From the NCBI GenBank assembly GCA_021815445.1, contig JAKAGM010000001.1:3447-67446 (forward strand): 64,000 nucleotides of DNA. Direction: 5' to 3'. This document shows, piece by piece, positions 1 through 10,208 of this stretch (position 1 is the first letter of the stretch; each line of letters begins with the position of its first letter). The translations under genes were made by a program, and so were the position numbers. This stretch comes from a bacterium. Its GTDB lineage: Bacteria > Patescibacteriota > Patescibacteriia > UBA10025. Under the pieces are notes generated by a model, which saw only the letters and a list, made by a program, of their open reading frames with translations, had not been told where the DNA came from and ran no database searches.

Positions 1-52
1 AAGACATGCAGACTCAGATTTTGTTCAGTTAGCGGATAAGAATCATGCCCGT

Positions 53-718
53 ATGACAAAAAAAGAAAAAATCATACTTCTCATCCTGGTAGGCGTTACG
101 ATTGTCGCGGCAGCTGTGTTCGTAGGAATCTACAAATATAACCTCGGCGGACTCATACATACCGCTCCCGGAAATAGCAACCGGAACACAGCGAGGATGC
201 CACTGCCTGAATCGAGAACAATCACCCCGCAAGACCGCAAGGATCTCGGCTTGGCGGAAGGTATTGACGGGGTGATCAAGTATGCGTATAAACCGGATGG
301 CAGTGTGATGTCGTACGTGGAGATTACCAAAGATACGCGGCCGGCTGATGACGACGGCGACGGTCTCTCCAACGATCTGGAAGCTAAGCTGGGCACCGAC
401 CCGAAGAACCCGGATACTGATCGCGATGGACTGCTTGATGGCGATGAAGTCAGGATCGGTACCAACCCGAAGAAAGTGGATACCGACGGAGATAAAGTGA
501 ACGACGGAACGGAAGTAAAATATTGTCTCGACCCGCTGAAGCTCGATACTCTGGGAAACGGGAAAGGGGATGCGGCGAACCTGAAGGCTCACCCGGAAGG
601 GTTTTGCAGTACGGCCGCGTCGCCTACAAATTCTGCCACGAATAGTGACAGCAACGCCAGGGTATTTATTGAGAACGTCAATTCCACACCGAGCGTTCAA
701 ACTAACTCGGCGCAGTGA
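53..718 (+). CDS. membrane-anchored protein with thrombospondin type-3-like Ca-binding repeats
   Basis: ATG at 53. An N-terminal hydrophobic anchor (ILLILVGVTIVAAAVFVGI) is followed by repeated DxDxDG..D..E units (DDDGDGLSNDLE, DTDRDGLLDGDE, DTDGDKVNDGTE). Confidence 0.6.
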   Translation: MTKKEKIILLILVGVTIVAAAVFVGIYKYNLGGLIHTAPGNSNRNTARMPLPESRTITPQDRKDLGLAEGIDGVIKYAYKPDGSVMSYVEITKDTRPADDDGDGLSNDLEAKLGTDPKNPDTDRDGLLDGDEVRIGTNPKKVDTDGDKVNDGTEVKYCLDPLKLDTLGNGKGDAANLKAHPEGFCSTAASPTNSATNSDSNARVFIENVNSTPSVQTNSAQ

Positions 719-745
719 TGCATAAGTATGCTATACTGATTCATT

Positions 746-1351
746 ATGGCTGACAAAAACAATATCCACCCCGAAGATATATTTGGAGGGCAAGAAAAGC
801 CGGCGCCTCTGGGGGACGTCGTCCAAAGGAGCGCCCGAAGGACAGCAATCGGGACACAACCGCCTCAAAGAGCGCCGTTGTTGCCGCAGGCGGACAACGT
901 ACCGCCAAACAGGAAATTCATTTACCTCGGGGCCGGTGTCGGGATAATCGTGCTCGTCGCGCTTGCGGTATATTATGTTACGGCGAAACCGTTCGCAAAT
1001 AAAAATGCTCCGGCAAATACGAATTCCGCCACGCCGGCCGAGACGACGATCCTGCCCTCGAAAGTTACCCCTCCCGTCAATGTGGCGCAGGCAGATACCG
1101 ACAAGGACGGGCTTACAGACCAAGAGGAGGCTCAGTTGGGCACGGATCCCAAGAATCCTGACACCGATGGCGACGGATTGTCAGATCATGATGAAGTGAA
1201 AATTTATCACACCAACCCTCTGAAAAAAGACACCGACGGTGACGGCGTCAGCGACGGGGATGAGGTGAGGCAAGGCACAAATCCCAACGGCCCCGGACTC
1301 TTACGCGACCTCCAAAAAGGGATACAGGGAATTTCAAACATCGCCCAGTAA
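746..1351 (+). CDS. membrane-anchored protein with thrombospondin type-3-like repeats (paralog of 53..718)
   Basis: TM segment (IYLGAGVGIIVLVALAVYYV) followed by DTDKDGLTDQEE, DTDGDGLSDHDE and DTDGDGVSDGDE repeats. Confidence 0.6.
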   Translation: MADKNNIHPEDIFGGQEKPAPLGDVVQRSARRTAIGTQPPQRAPLLPQADNVPPNRKFIYLGAGVGIIVLVALAVYYVTAKPFANKNAPANTNSATPAETTILPSKVTPPVNVAQADTDKDGLTDQEEAQLGTDPKNPDTDGDGLSDHDEVKIYHTNPLKKDTDGDGVSDGDEVRQGTNPNGPGLLRDLQKGIQGISNIAQ

Positions 1352-1363
1352 CGCCAAACGAAT

Positions 1364-2494
1364 ATGCCGGATGACACCATGCCCCCGCAAAATAACCAAC
1401 CCGCGTTTCACGCGATGCCTGAGAAGTATTATCTCGGCAAACAGCCAAAGGCAAAATCAAAGCGGCTGCTGGTTACGGTAATCGTGCTGGTAGTCATTGC
1501 GCTCGGGTTAGGAGTCGCGTATTTCTTTACCCGAGGGATGAATAATGGTCGCACAACGAATATAACAGCCAACTCTCTCTCGCCCGTGAATCAGGCAACC
1601 CTTAATCGGAATGCGAATAGGAACATAAATGCTCTGGCGCCGGCAAACGCAAATCTCAATACAAACACTTTGACTTTCCTGAACACCAATAGTACTCAGC
1701 TCAACACCCAGCCGACCAACACCGCGGGGCCTGTTATCAATACTGTGACCAATTCATTGTTTTCCACAAATACGAACACCGCTACGATAACCAACGTCGC
1801 CCGCCTTGCGGATTCGGTAGACACCGACCATGACGGGCTGACTGATGTGGAGGAGCTTCTCTATGGGACAAACAAAAACCTTGCCGATACCGATGGTGAC
1901 GGTTACTCGGATGGTGTCGAAGTCGCCGGAGGCTACAATCCCCGCAGCGCCGGCCTTATCATCTCTACAAATCTGGTAAAAGAATACGTCCATCCCATGT
2001 TCGGTTATAAGATACTCTTCCCGTCGACCTGGATCCAGAATCCGAATCCGCAAACATCGAACGGGGTCATTTTTTCAACGTCTACAGGCGAGTTTGTGGG
2101 AATAGATGTCGAAAATAATACAGCAAAGCTTTCTGCACGAGACTGGTATCTCAAAGCTTCCCCCGGAATAGATTTGCGCTCGGTCACCACTATCCAAAAT
2201 ACTGCGAAAACGCTCGAAGGAGTCCTGAGCCTTGACGGGCAGACGGCATACTATACGGCAGGGGAACGCGCGTATATCATTTCGTACAATACCAATCTTT
2301 TGAGTACGATAAATTTTCGGACGACATTTGAGATGATGTATAAAAGCTTTTCCCTGACTCCCGTAGTCCTCACGAACACAAACTCCGGCGCGAACACGAA
2401 TGCTGGTACTGCAAATACAAACTCAAGCCTCAATTCAAACGCAAATACCAACAGCAGCACGCCGACAAACGTCTCGACCAACACGGGATATTAA
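1364..2494 (+). CDS. membrane-anchored protein with an Asn-rich linker, TSP3-like repeats and a C-terminal globular domain
   Basis: TM anchor (LLVTVIVLVVIALGLGVAYFF), N/T-rich low-complexity stretch, DTDHDGLTDVEE and DTDGDGYSDGVE repeats, and a second N-rich tail. Confidence 0.6.
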   Translation: MPDDTMPPQNNQPAFHAMPEKYYLGKQPKAKSKRLLVTVIVLVVIALGLGVAYFFTRGMNNGRTTNITANSLSPVNQATLNRNANRNINALAPANANLNTNTLTFLNTNSTQLNTQPTNTAGPVINTVTNSLFSTNTNTATITNVARLADSVDTDHDGLTDVEELLYGTNKNLADTDGDGYSDGVEVAGGYNPRSAGLIISTNLVKEYVHPMFGYKILFPSTWIQNPNPQTSNGVIFSTSTGEFVGIDVENNTAKLSARDWYLKASPGIDLRSVTTIQNTAKTLEGVLSLDGQTAYYTAGERAYIISYNTNLLSTINFRTTFEMMYKSFSLTPVVLTNTNSGANTNAGTANTNSSLNSNANTNSSTPTNVSTNTGY

Positions 2495-2507
2495 CGCGAA
2501 AGGCGGT

Positions 2508-2981
2508 ATGCTCGATATAGCGTTTCGCTCAGTACATGGTGTTCGCGGCCCGCGTGAGGCTGTTACCGGAGTGCTGGGATGCGCAGCGCGGGTACCTCTG
2601 GTCAGGAAAAAACTTACACAAAGAACTCAGAACAGTGTCACGGTTATTTTTTGCGGGATATCCACAATTCGCGCATTGAACTTCCGTTATCGCAACGTGC
2701 GGAAACCTACCGATGTTCTGTCATTCTCATACCCGTTTTCGCGCCGAGATTCCCAGCATGGAGATTCAGTATTCCTTGGCGAGATATTTATCTGTGTCCC
2801 GATTGCCCGTCGGCAGGCTCGTGAATACGGACATTCCATGCGCGCGGAGATTGAGTTGTTGGTTGTGCATGGTTTATTACACATTCTTGGCTTTGATCAT
2901 ACCACTCGATCCGGGGCCCGGAAGATGAGGATAATCGAGAATAAAATTCTCCGGCGGACTGTTTCGAGAACCGAACATTAG
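2508..2981 (+). CDS. ybeY: rRNA maturation endoribonuclease YbeY
   Basis: Metal-binding motif HGLLHILGFDH. The start is refined from the track ORF (2400) to the ATG at 2508, which follows aaaggcgg; the upstream part overlaps the previous gene. Confidence 0.85.
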   Translation: MLDIAFRSVHGVRGPREAVTGVLGCAARVPLVRKKLTQRTQNSVTVIFCGISTIRALNFRYRNVRKPTDVLSFSYPFSRRDSQHGDSVFLGEIFICVPIARRQAREYGHSMRAEIELLVVHGLLHILGFDHTTRSGARKMRIIENKILRRTVSRTEH

Positions 2982-3042
2982 GCCCAAGGGTTTGGGGAAA
3001 CGGTTTTCCTCGATGCTATGTACGTTTTGATATCATAATCGT

Positions 3043-3402
3043 ATGTTCCAATTCCAAAAACTGATCAAAAGTTTCCGCTACGCGTTTCGCGGTCTTTGGT
3101 ACGTGACAAAGCACGAACAGAGTTTCAGGCTGCACCTTATTGCCGCAGCTGTCGTTGTGTTTCTTATGCTGTATTTTCATATCACCATTAAAGAAGCCGT
3201 CATCCTGTCGCTCGTTATAGCTGCTGTCCTGGTTTTGGAGCTCATTAACACCATTTTTGAGAGCCTCGTTGATATGCTCCAGCCGAGGATTCATCATCTT
3301 GCCGAAGTAATAAAGAATATCATGGCGGCCACTGTCCTCATAGCCTCACTTGGAGCGCTCATTATAGGCATTCTCATCTTCGCTCCGTATGTTTTCCATT
3401 AG
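3043..3402 (+). CDS. dgkA: diacylglycerol/undecaprenol kinase family protein
   Basis: A 119-aa protein with three TM segments and a LELINTIFESLVD motif, in the classic position after ybeY. Confidence 0.8.
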   Translation: MFQFQKLIKSFRYAFRGLWYVTKHEQSFRLHLIAAAVVVFLMLYFHITIKEAVILSLVIAAVLVLELINTIFESLVDMLQPRIHHLAEVIKNIMAATVLIASLGALIIGILIFAPYVFH

Positions 3403-3533
3403 TATTCGATCACGAGTATGGCCACTCCGACGCTGAACACAAAATCTGGACACCCGTGCCGCCGTTGCGCGCTTTTGCATATTCATTTATACTGTTAGAT
3501 ATCAACATCTGTGCGTATTAAAGCATTCAGACT

Positions 3534-4784
3534 ATGCCACGAGACGAAATAATTACCGGTCTTGATATCGGTTCGATGACTATCCGGGTAGCAATGGGCC
3601 AGCTCGATCCCACGGGGCAGGGCATCCAGATTCTTGGGGCCTCAGAGGCCCAGGCTGACGGCCTGAGCAAAGGAGCAGTTACGAGCATCGAGGATGCGGT
3701 GTCATCTGTCTCAAAAGCTCTAGAGGATGTCGAGCGCATGACGGGCATCCCCGTCGAGAATGCGTTTGTCGGCATTGGCGGAACGCACATTTCAGCGCAG
3801 GAAAGTCATGGCGTTGTTGCGGTTTCCAAAGCCGACGGTGAGATCAAGGAGGAAGATGTTGAGCGTGTCGTCGAAGCGGCGCAAACCGTGGCGACTCCGC
3901 CGAATTACGAGATACTGCACGTGCTCCCGCGAAGCTTCATCGTCGATAACCAAAAGGGGATCAAGGATCCCATCGGTATGACCGGCATCCGACTTGAAGT
4001 CGATGCGCAGATCATTCAGGGGCTCTCGTCACAGATCAAAAATCTTACCAAGTGTGTTTACCGTACCGGCGTCGATATTAACGATGTAGTCGTCGGCGTA
4101 CTCGCGGCGTCGGAATCTGTACTGACCAAACGCCAAAAGGAGCTCGGTGTGGCGCTCGTAAACCTTGGGGGCTCCACGACGAGCGTTTTGGTTTTTGAGG
4201 AGGGCGACGTCATCCACGCGGCGATCCTGCCTGTCGGCGCGTCACATATCACCAATGACATTGCTATAGGACTGCGTACGTCCATAGATGTCGCTGAAAA
4301 AATAAAGCTCGAATACGGTACGGCAATTCCCGGAGATGTAGCCAAACGCGACGAGATCCGTCTCGAGGATATTAGCCAGCAGGAGACTGGTGTCGTCGAG
4401 CGCAAACACGTTGCCGAAATCATCGAGGCACGCTGTGAAGAGATTTTTAAGCTTATTGAAAAAGAACTTGTGAAGGTCGACAGGTCGGGTCTGCTGCCTG
4501 CAGGGGTGGTCCTCACGGGCGGCGGTGCGAAACTTCCCGGGCTTGTCGACATAGCCAAACGCGAATTCAGGCTCCCGGCTGTCGTCGGATTCCCCCAGAA
4601 CATCGCCCACACTCCTGTCGATAAGATCAATGACCCCGCGTGGTCGACTGCCGTAGGGCTTGTCGTCTGGGGAGCTTCGCTCTCCGCCAAGCACAGCGGA
4701 ACCGGATCGTCTCTTCCCCGGTTTTCTTCCGTTGCAGATGTCACCGGAAAGATGCGGAAGTGGTTCAAATCCCTTATCCCCTAA
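3534..4784 (+). CDS. ftsA: cell division protein FtsA
   Basis: Actin-like ATPase N-terminus ([16 protein letters not shown]) and GGGAKLPGL, immediately upstream of ftsZ. Confidence 0.93.
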   Translation: MPRDEIITGLDIGSMTIRVAMGQLDPTGQGIQILGASEAQADGLSKGAVTSIEDAVSSVSKALEDVERMTGIPVENAFVGIGGTHISAQESHGVVAVSKADGEIKEEDVERVVEAAQTVATPPNYEILHVLPRSFIVDNQKGIKDPIGMTGIRLEVDAQIIQGLSSQIKNLTKCVYRTGVDINDVVVGVLAASESVLTKRQKELGVALVNLGGSTTSVLVFEEGDVIHAAILPVGASHITNDIAIGLRTSIDVAEKIKLEYGTAIPGDVAKRDEIRLEDISQQETGVVERKHVAEIIEARCEEIFKLIEKELVKVDRSGLLPAGVVLTGGGAKLPGLVDIAKREFRLPAVVGFPQNIAHTPVDKINDPAWSTAVGLVVWGASLSAKHSGTGSSLPRFSSVADVTGKMRKWFKSLIP

Positions 4785-4801
4785 AAATCCATACTGCACG
4801 T

Positions 4802-5977
4802 ATGAAAAGTCGTCTTAACGGAGGAACGAATGTGGAAATAAAACCTGACATAGAAACATTTGCCAAAATCAAGGTGATTGGCGTTGGCGGATCCGGTGGC
4901 GCGGCTATCGACCGCATGATTTCAGAAAAAATTCGCGGCGTTGATTTTATCGCCGTTAATACTGATGCGCAGGCGCTCCATCATTCCCGGGCCCCCCATC
5001 GCATCCACATTGGCAAGATGACGACAAAAGGCCTCGGTGCTGGTATGGATCCTGAGGTTGGGGCGAAGGCGGCCGAAGAGAGCAGGGACGAGATCCATGA
5101 GGCGTTAAAGGGCGCTGACATGGTATTTATCACCTGCGGTTTGGGCGGGGGCACGGGCACGGGCGCCGCTCCGGTGATTTCAGATATCGCCAAAGAGGTC
5201 GGCGCGCTGACAGTCGCCGTTGTCACCAAACCGTTCGCTTTCGAAGGCGCCCAGCGCAAGTCGATTGCGGAATCAGGCTATCATGAACTCTCAGACCGCG
5301 TGGACACGATCATCATGATACCCAACGACAGAATCCTCCAGATTGTGGACAAAAAGACATCCTTGCTCGAGGCGTTCGGGACAGTTGACGATGTGCTTCG
5401 CCAGGGTGTGCAGGGGATTTCCGAGCTTATCACTATCCCCGGCCTCATAAACGTTGACTTTGCAGATGTGAAATCAATCATGGAAGGGGCAGGTTCAGCG
5501 CTCATGGGCATCGGCCGCGGGACAGGGGAGAACAGGGCAGTGGAAGCTGCGAAGGCGGCAATTGACAGCCCGTTGCTCGAGCTCTCTATCGACGGCGCAA
5601 AAGGCATTCTCTTTACCGTTACCGGCGGGCCTAACTTGGGCATGTATGAGGTCAACGAAGCGGCCCGCGTTATTACCGGATCCGCAGATCCGAACGCGCG
5701 AGTTATCTTTGGCACGATTATCGACGAGGATATGAAGGATGAAATCAAGATAACAGTCATTGCGGCCGGTTTTGGCGAACGAAGTAAGACGAAACGCATC
5801 ACCCCTCAAGTATCAATGCAGGAACGAAGGCCGGAAATGCCCGCCCCGCAACCCCGACCGGTCCAGTCAACTCCTCGCGTCATGCCTCCTGTCCGGCCTA
5901 AGACTCCAGAGCAGCAAAAGACGGCCCAGGAAGAAGAGCTTGAGATCCCCGCGTTCATACGGAAGAAAATGATGTAA
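4802..5977 (+). CDS. ftsZ: cell division GTPase FtsZ
   Basis: [13 protein letters not shown] and the [12 protein letters not shown] tubulin signature, with a Pro-rich linker and a C-terminal IPAFIRKK peptide. The start is refined to the ATG at 4802; the track start at 4640 overlaps ftsA. Confidence 0.95.
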   Translation: MKSRLNGGTNVEIKPDIETFAKIKVIGVGGSGGAAIDRMISEKIRGVDFIAVNTDAQALHHSRAPHRIHIGKMTTKGLGAGMDPEVGAKAAEESRDEIHEALKGADMVFITCGLGGGTGTGAAPVISDIAKEVGALTVAVVTKPFAFEGAQRKSIAESGYHELSDRVDTIIMIPNDRILQIVDKKTSLLEAFGTVDDVLRQGVQGISELITIPGLINVDFADVKSIMEGAGSALMGIGRGTGENRAVEAAKAAIDSPLLELSIDGAKGILFTVTGGPNLGMYEVNEAARVITGSADPNARVIFGTIIDEDMKDEIKITVIAAGFGERSKTKRITPQVSMQERRPEMPAPQPRPVQSTPRVMPPVRPKTPEQQKTAQEEELEIPAFIRKKMM

Positions 5978-6472
5978 AACCGGAACATTCGACAGCTTTC
6001 ACACATGCACTCCCAACCCGAGAGTGCATTTTGGTAAGCCGACTTTTCCACAAGCAAAGGTGGCGCGATGCGTTTGCAGAGGATCTATCGACAGAGTATC
6101 CTTATTTTATGTAAATATTTTACAGAATATTTTTTTTACTTTACGATGTACATTGCTACCTCATCATCCGATATGCATGGGAGGTTGTCGGCACTCTTTG
6201 CTGTCTGCCTGGATGCTCGGACGACGGCGAAGTGCCTTGGCGGTTCATCTGTTTTCTTCATGTTTCTTGATATAGACCGCCGGAACTCTCCAGGCATCCG
6301 CCCGATAATCAGGAGGCAGGTTTTTATCTCTGCAAAATGCCTCTACAGGGTCCTTGAGCTCCCGAAATGCAGTTATCCACAGACTTTTTGTCTTCAGTAA
6401 AGCAGGAATCTTTTTTCCGACACTTATTTCTTCCAAGAGGTTAGCGCAAAAAGTTTAATAGACCCCAAAATG

Positions 6473-6500
6473 TTGACAAATCTATATATAGTAGTATAAT
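6473..6500 (+). promoter_or_regulatory. sigma70-type promoter of nrdR-nrdJ (TTGACA-16 nt-TATAAT)
   Basis: TTGACA at 6473-6478 and TATAAT at 6495-6500, about 40 nt upstream of the nrdR ATG. Confidence 0.7.
6479..6494. promoter_or_regulatory. NrdR box 1
   Basis: aatCTATATATAGtag. The core is a perfect palindrome that fits the published NrdR-box consensus acaCwAtATaTwGtgt, and it fills the promoter spacer exactly. Confidence 0.7.
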
Positions 6501-6510
6501 GACAGTTAGG

Positions 6511-6526
6511 GTACTAGATATTGTAC
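6511..6526. promoter_or_regulatory. NrdR box 2
   Basis: gtaCTAGATATTGtac, with one core mismatch to the consensus. Its centre lies 32 bp from the centre of box 1, about three helical turns, as is typical of tandem NrdR boxes. Confidence 0.65.
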
Positions 6527-6538
6527 TAAAATCCGATT

Positions 6539-6988
6539 ATGAATTGCTTATCCTGCGGCAAAGAAGACACGAAGGTCACTGATTCACGGGTAGTAAACGA
6601 TGGAATGGCGATTCGGAGACGTCGAGAATGCCAAAAATGCGGTTTCCGGTTCTCTACCTACGAAGAAGTTGAAATTTTAAATCTTTCAGTGGTCAAAAGG
6701 GACGGGGTCCATGAGCCCTATTCACGCGAGAAGGTTGAGCGCGGACTCAAAAAAGCTCTCGAGAAACGGCCGATAACGCAAGAGAAGTTCCGCATGCTCA
6801 TTGCAAACATTGAGCGGGATATTCAGACCGAGGCGAAATCCGACGAGGTGACCAGCAGCCAGATCGGCGAGATTATCATGCGCCATCTCAAAAAAGCCGA
6901 TAAGGTCGCATATATCAGGTTCGCGTCAGTGTATAAATCTTTTGAGGATATCGATTCTTTTAAACAAGAAATTAAAAAAATCACTTAA
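6539..6988 (+). CDS. nrdR: transcriptional repressor NrdR
   Basis: N-terminal zinc ribbon (CLSCG...CQKCGFRF) followed by an ATP-cone, directly upstream of the ribonucleotide reductase gene. Confidence 0.93.
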   Translation: MNCLSCGKEDTKVTDSRVVNDGMAIRRRRECQKCGFRFSTYEEVEILNLSVVKRDGVHEPYSREKVERGLKKALEKRPITQEKFRMLIANIERDIQTEAKSDEVTSSQIGEIIMRHLKKADKVAYIRFASVYKSFEDIDSFKQEIKKIT

Positions 6989-6999
6989 AAACCATCTTT

Positions 7000-9777
7000 A
7001 TGTCCTCTTCCGACGTATCTCCTACCCAAACAAAGGTTAAGGAGTCGGTGAGTGTGCTGACTCAAGAGCAGACTGCGGGGGCCGCGCACGCACGCGAAGG
7101 ACTCCATATGGATTATTTTTTTTCCCGCAAGGGTGTGCACCCCTATGATGAGATCGAATGGGAACTGCGCGAAGCCAAGATTGTCGGAAGCGACGGGAAA
7201 GTCGTTTTTGAGCAAAAAGATGTTGAATTGCCTAAGACGTGGTCGCAGCTTGCGACGAATGTTGTCGTATCCAAATATTTTCGCGGCAGGCTCGGGAGTC
7301 CCGAGCGCGAAACAAGCGTCAAGCAGATGGTATCGAGGGTAGCCGATACGATTGCCGCATGGGGGAAAGCAGGAGGCTATTTCGCCAGCGACGAGGACGC
7401 GGAGACTTTCCGCATGGAGCTTACGCATCTTCTCGTCTATCAAAAAGCGGCGTTTAACAGTCCCGTGTGGTTTAATGTCGGGGTCAAGGAACATCCGCAA
7501 TGTTCGGCCTGCTTTATCCTCTCCGTCCAGGATTCCATGGAGTCTATTTTAGATTGGATCAGGAAAGAAGGACTCATCTTTAAGGGCGGGTCCGGATCAG
7601 GCGTCAACCTCTCGACGCTCCGGTCATCGCGGGAACAGCTGTCCGGCGGCGGGTACGCGTCCGGTCCGGTCTCGTTCATGCGCGGCGCCGATGCTTCGGC
7701 CGGTTCCATAAAATCCGGCGGCACGACGCGCAGGGCGGCCAAGATGGTTATCCTCAATGTCGACCACCCCGATATCATTGAATTCATACATTGCAAAGAG
7801 GTCGAGGAAAAGAAGGCGTGGGCGCTCGGCGAACAGGGATACGATATGTCGATGAACGGTGAGGCGTGGAAGTCCATCCAATTCCAGAATGCCAACAATT
7901 CAGTGCGCGCGACGGATGAATTCATGCAGGCTGTTGAGAATGACGGTCTCTTTTCTACCCGCTCGGTAGGCAGCCACAACCCCGTAGACCAATACCGTGC
8001 CCGCGACATCCTGCGGCAGATATCCGAGGCGACCTGGGTATGCGGCGATCCCGGTTTGCAGTACGACACTACGATCAATGCGTGGCACACCTGTCCCAAT
8101 ACGGGCAGGATTAACGCCTCGAATCCGTGTTCAGAGTACATGCACCTCGATAATTCAGCGTGCAACCTCTCCTCAATCAACCTGATGAAATTCCTCAAGG
8201 ACGATGATTCTTTCGATGTCGGGGGGTACAAACGGGCGATAGATATCATGATTCTCGCGCAGGAAATACTCGTAGGATTTTCGAGCTATCCGACGGAGGA
8301 AATCTCGCGGAATGCCCATGATTACCGGGAGCTCGGTCTGGGATACGCGAACCTCGGCGCTCTTCTAATGTCATGGGGCCTGCCGTATGATTCAGACGCG
8401 GGCCGCGCGGTGTCTGCGGCTCTCACGGCGTTTCTTACCGGTGAAGCGTATGCGGAATCGGCGCGAGTAGCCGCTGTCGTCGGGCCTTTTGCCGGATACG
8501 AGAAAAATCGCGAGCCCATGCTCAATGTTATCGCAAAACACAAATTTCACCTGGATGATATCAACCGGCACTACGTCCCGGCTGAACTTTTTGCCGCCGC
8601 TGAAACCTCATGGACAGACGCACTGGAGCTTGGCAAGCACAACGGATTCAGAAACTCACAGACGACTGTCCTTGCCCCCACCGGAACGATCAGCTTCCTG
8701 ATGGATTGTGATACGACAGGCATCGAGCCCGACATAGCCCTGGTCAAATACAAGAATCTTGTCGGCGGCGGCGTCATGAAGATTGTCAACCACTCGGTGC
8801 CTCGCGCCCTGCACAGGCTCGGGTACAGCCAGGACCAGGTCGACGCTATCATAAGGTACGTCGACGACAAGGGGACTATCGAAGGAGCTCCGGAACTGAA
8901 AGAGGAACATCTCTCAGTTTTCGACTGCGCGTTCAAACCGGCGAATGGCGTCCGCTTCATCCACTACATGGGCCATATCAGGATGATGGGAGCCGCGCAA
9001 CCGTTTATCTCCGGGGCCATCTCAAAGACGGTAAACCTGCCGAAAGAAGCGACTGTCGATGATATTTCCACTGCGTATACCGAAGGGTGGAAGCAAGGCC
9101 TCAAAGCGCTCGCCATTTATCGCGACGGTTCCAAGCGCACGCAACCGCTCTCGACGGCCGATGATGATACGACCCAAAAGACGCGTGAGACAAAGCAAAA
9201 GTCATTGCGCAGACGGCTGCCGGACGAGCGCAAATCCATCACCCACAAATTCTCCGTCGGCGGCCATGAGGGGTACATCACCGCCGGGCTCTATGACGAC
9301 GGTACGCCCGGAGAAGTGTTCATTACCATGGCGAAAGAAGGCTCGACAATATCGGGGCTCATGGATGCCTTTGCTACCTCAATCTCCATCGGCCTCCAGT
9401 ACGGCGTCCCGCTCAAGACGATGGTCAATAAGTTTTCCCACATGAGGTTCGAGCCCTCAGGATTTACCGGTAACGCTGATATTCCGATAGCAAAGTCGAT
9501 TGTCGATTACATCTTCCGCTGGATGGGCAGGAAATTCCTCCCCCAGGAGGAGCAGGCGGAGGCGACAAAAGAAGCTGTCAAACCGATTGTCGAGAATGGC
9601 AATCATGACAGTGTAAAAGCAGAGACAGCGCCATCTGTTCCGTCCGCGTTCCAGCAAAAGATAACGTTCACCAACCAGGAGGACGCGCCTGCATGCCAGA
9701 CCTGCGGATCAATCATGGTCCGCAACGCGGCCTGCTACAAATGCACCAACTGCGGCGCTACAAGCGGGTGCAGCTAA
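7000..9777 (+). CDS. nrdJ: adenosylcobalamin-dependent (class II) ribonucleotide reductase
   Basis: A 925-aa protein with the NPCSEYMHLDNSACNLSSINL active-site region and a C-terminal Cys cluster (CQTCGS...CYKCTNCG). No separate beta subunit is present. Confidence 0.9.
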   Translation: MSSSDVSPTQTKVKESVSVLTQEQTAGAAHAREGLHMDYFFSRKGVHPYDEIEWELREAKIVGSDGKVVFEQKDVELPKTWSQLATNVVVSKYFRGRLGSPERETSVKQMVSRVADTIAAWGKAGGYFASDEDAETFRMELTHLLVYQKAAFNSPVWFNVGVKEHPQCSACFILSVQDSMESILDWIRKEGLIFKGGSGSGVNLSTLRSSREQLSGGGYASGPVSFMRGADASAGSIKSGGTTRRAAKMVILNVDHPDIIEFIHCKEVEEKKAWALGEQGYDMSMNGEAWKSIQFQNANNSVRATDEFMQAVENDGLFSTRSVGSHNPVDQYRARDILRQISEATWVCGDPGLQYDTTINAWHTCPNTGRINASNPCSEYMHLDNSACNLSSINLMKFLKDDDSFDVGGYKRAIDIMILAQEILVGFSSYPTEEISRNAHDYRELGLGYANLGALLMSWGLPYDSDAGRAVSAALTAFLTGEAYAESARVAAVVGPFAGYEKNREPMLNVIAKHKFHLDDINRHYVPAELFAAAETSWTDALELGKHNGFRNSQTTVLAPTGTISFLMDCDTTGIEPDIALVKYKNLVGGGVMKIVNHSVPRALHRLGYSQDQVDAIIRYVDDKGTIEGAPELKEEHLSVFDCAFKPANGVRFIHYMGHIRMMGAAQPFISGAISKTVNLPKEATVDDISTAYTEGWKQGLKALAIYRDGSKRTQPLSTADDDTTQKTRETKQKSLRRRLPDERKSITHKFSVGGHEGYITAGLYDDGTPGEVFITMAKEGSTISGLMDAFATSISIGLQYGVPLKTMVNKFSHMRFEPSGFTGNADIPIAKSIVDYIFRWMGRKFLPQEEQAEATKEAVKPIVENGNHDSVKAETAPSVPSAFQQKITFTNQEDAPACQTCGSIMVRNAACYKCTNCGATSGCS

Positions 9778-10208
9778 AAGCCGGATTAAAGGCGTAGTGG
9801 CAGACCTGCCCGCCGTATGAGACTACGGCAAGCGGGGCTTGCTCTGCGGCATGATTTTAAGAAACAATCCCAAAAAGCCCCGGAAGCAGTCACGCATCGG
9901 GACTTTTTGAATCATCCGGCGAAATATTATACTTCTTCCGCTGGAGCCGCTTTATCCGACCTGAGTTTATTGAGTTCGCTGCGCATTTTTGCGAGCGATT
10001 CCATCAGTCCCTCGAGGCCGAGATCAACATCTGCGGCTCTGAGGTTTGACAGATGATCCTTGAGTTCTTCCATATTTTTCGGTGTTTTTTACCTGTGAAT
10101 TAAACAGGCCAGTGTAGCAGAAATTGAAGTATTGTCAAGGGCCGCCTTTGCATTTACCGCCCGGGTGCAGTATCCTGAATCTTACCGGGCATTAAACGCA
10201 CGATACCT

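Noticed and set aside
2400-2507. N-terminal extensions of track ORFs, namely ybeY from 2400, ftsZ from 4640, cobA from 11103, the GIY-YIG gene from 43290, argS from 49824 and the histidine phosphatase from 53374.
   Set aside because: The extensions overlap the preceding gene or the tmRNA and encode low-complexity sequence. Internal ATG or GTG codons with ribosome-binding sites or ATGA coupling match the conserved N-termini of the families.
6060-6436. Small - strand ORFs between ftsZ and nrdR, a 63-aa ORF at 6245..6436 and an overlapping 41-aa ORF starting at 6261, considered as a frameshifted toxin-antitoxin remnant.
   Set aside because: I could identify no RelE, ParE, HigB or other toxin motif, and there is no RBS and no partner gene. 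The evidence is too weak to call a CDS or a pseudogene.
9927-10073. A 48-codon - strand ORF (MEELKDHLSNLRAADVDLGLEGLMESLAKMRSELNKLRSDKAAPAEEV) between nrdJ and the HD gene.
   Set aside because: It looks plausibly helical and a hairpin with a T-run lies downstream. However, it has no SD within the normal distance and no recognisable family, so I cannot support it without conservation data.
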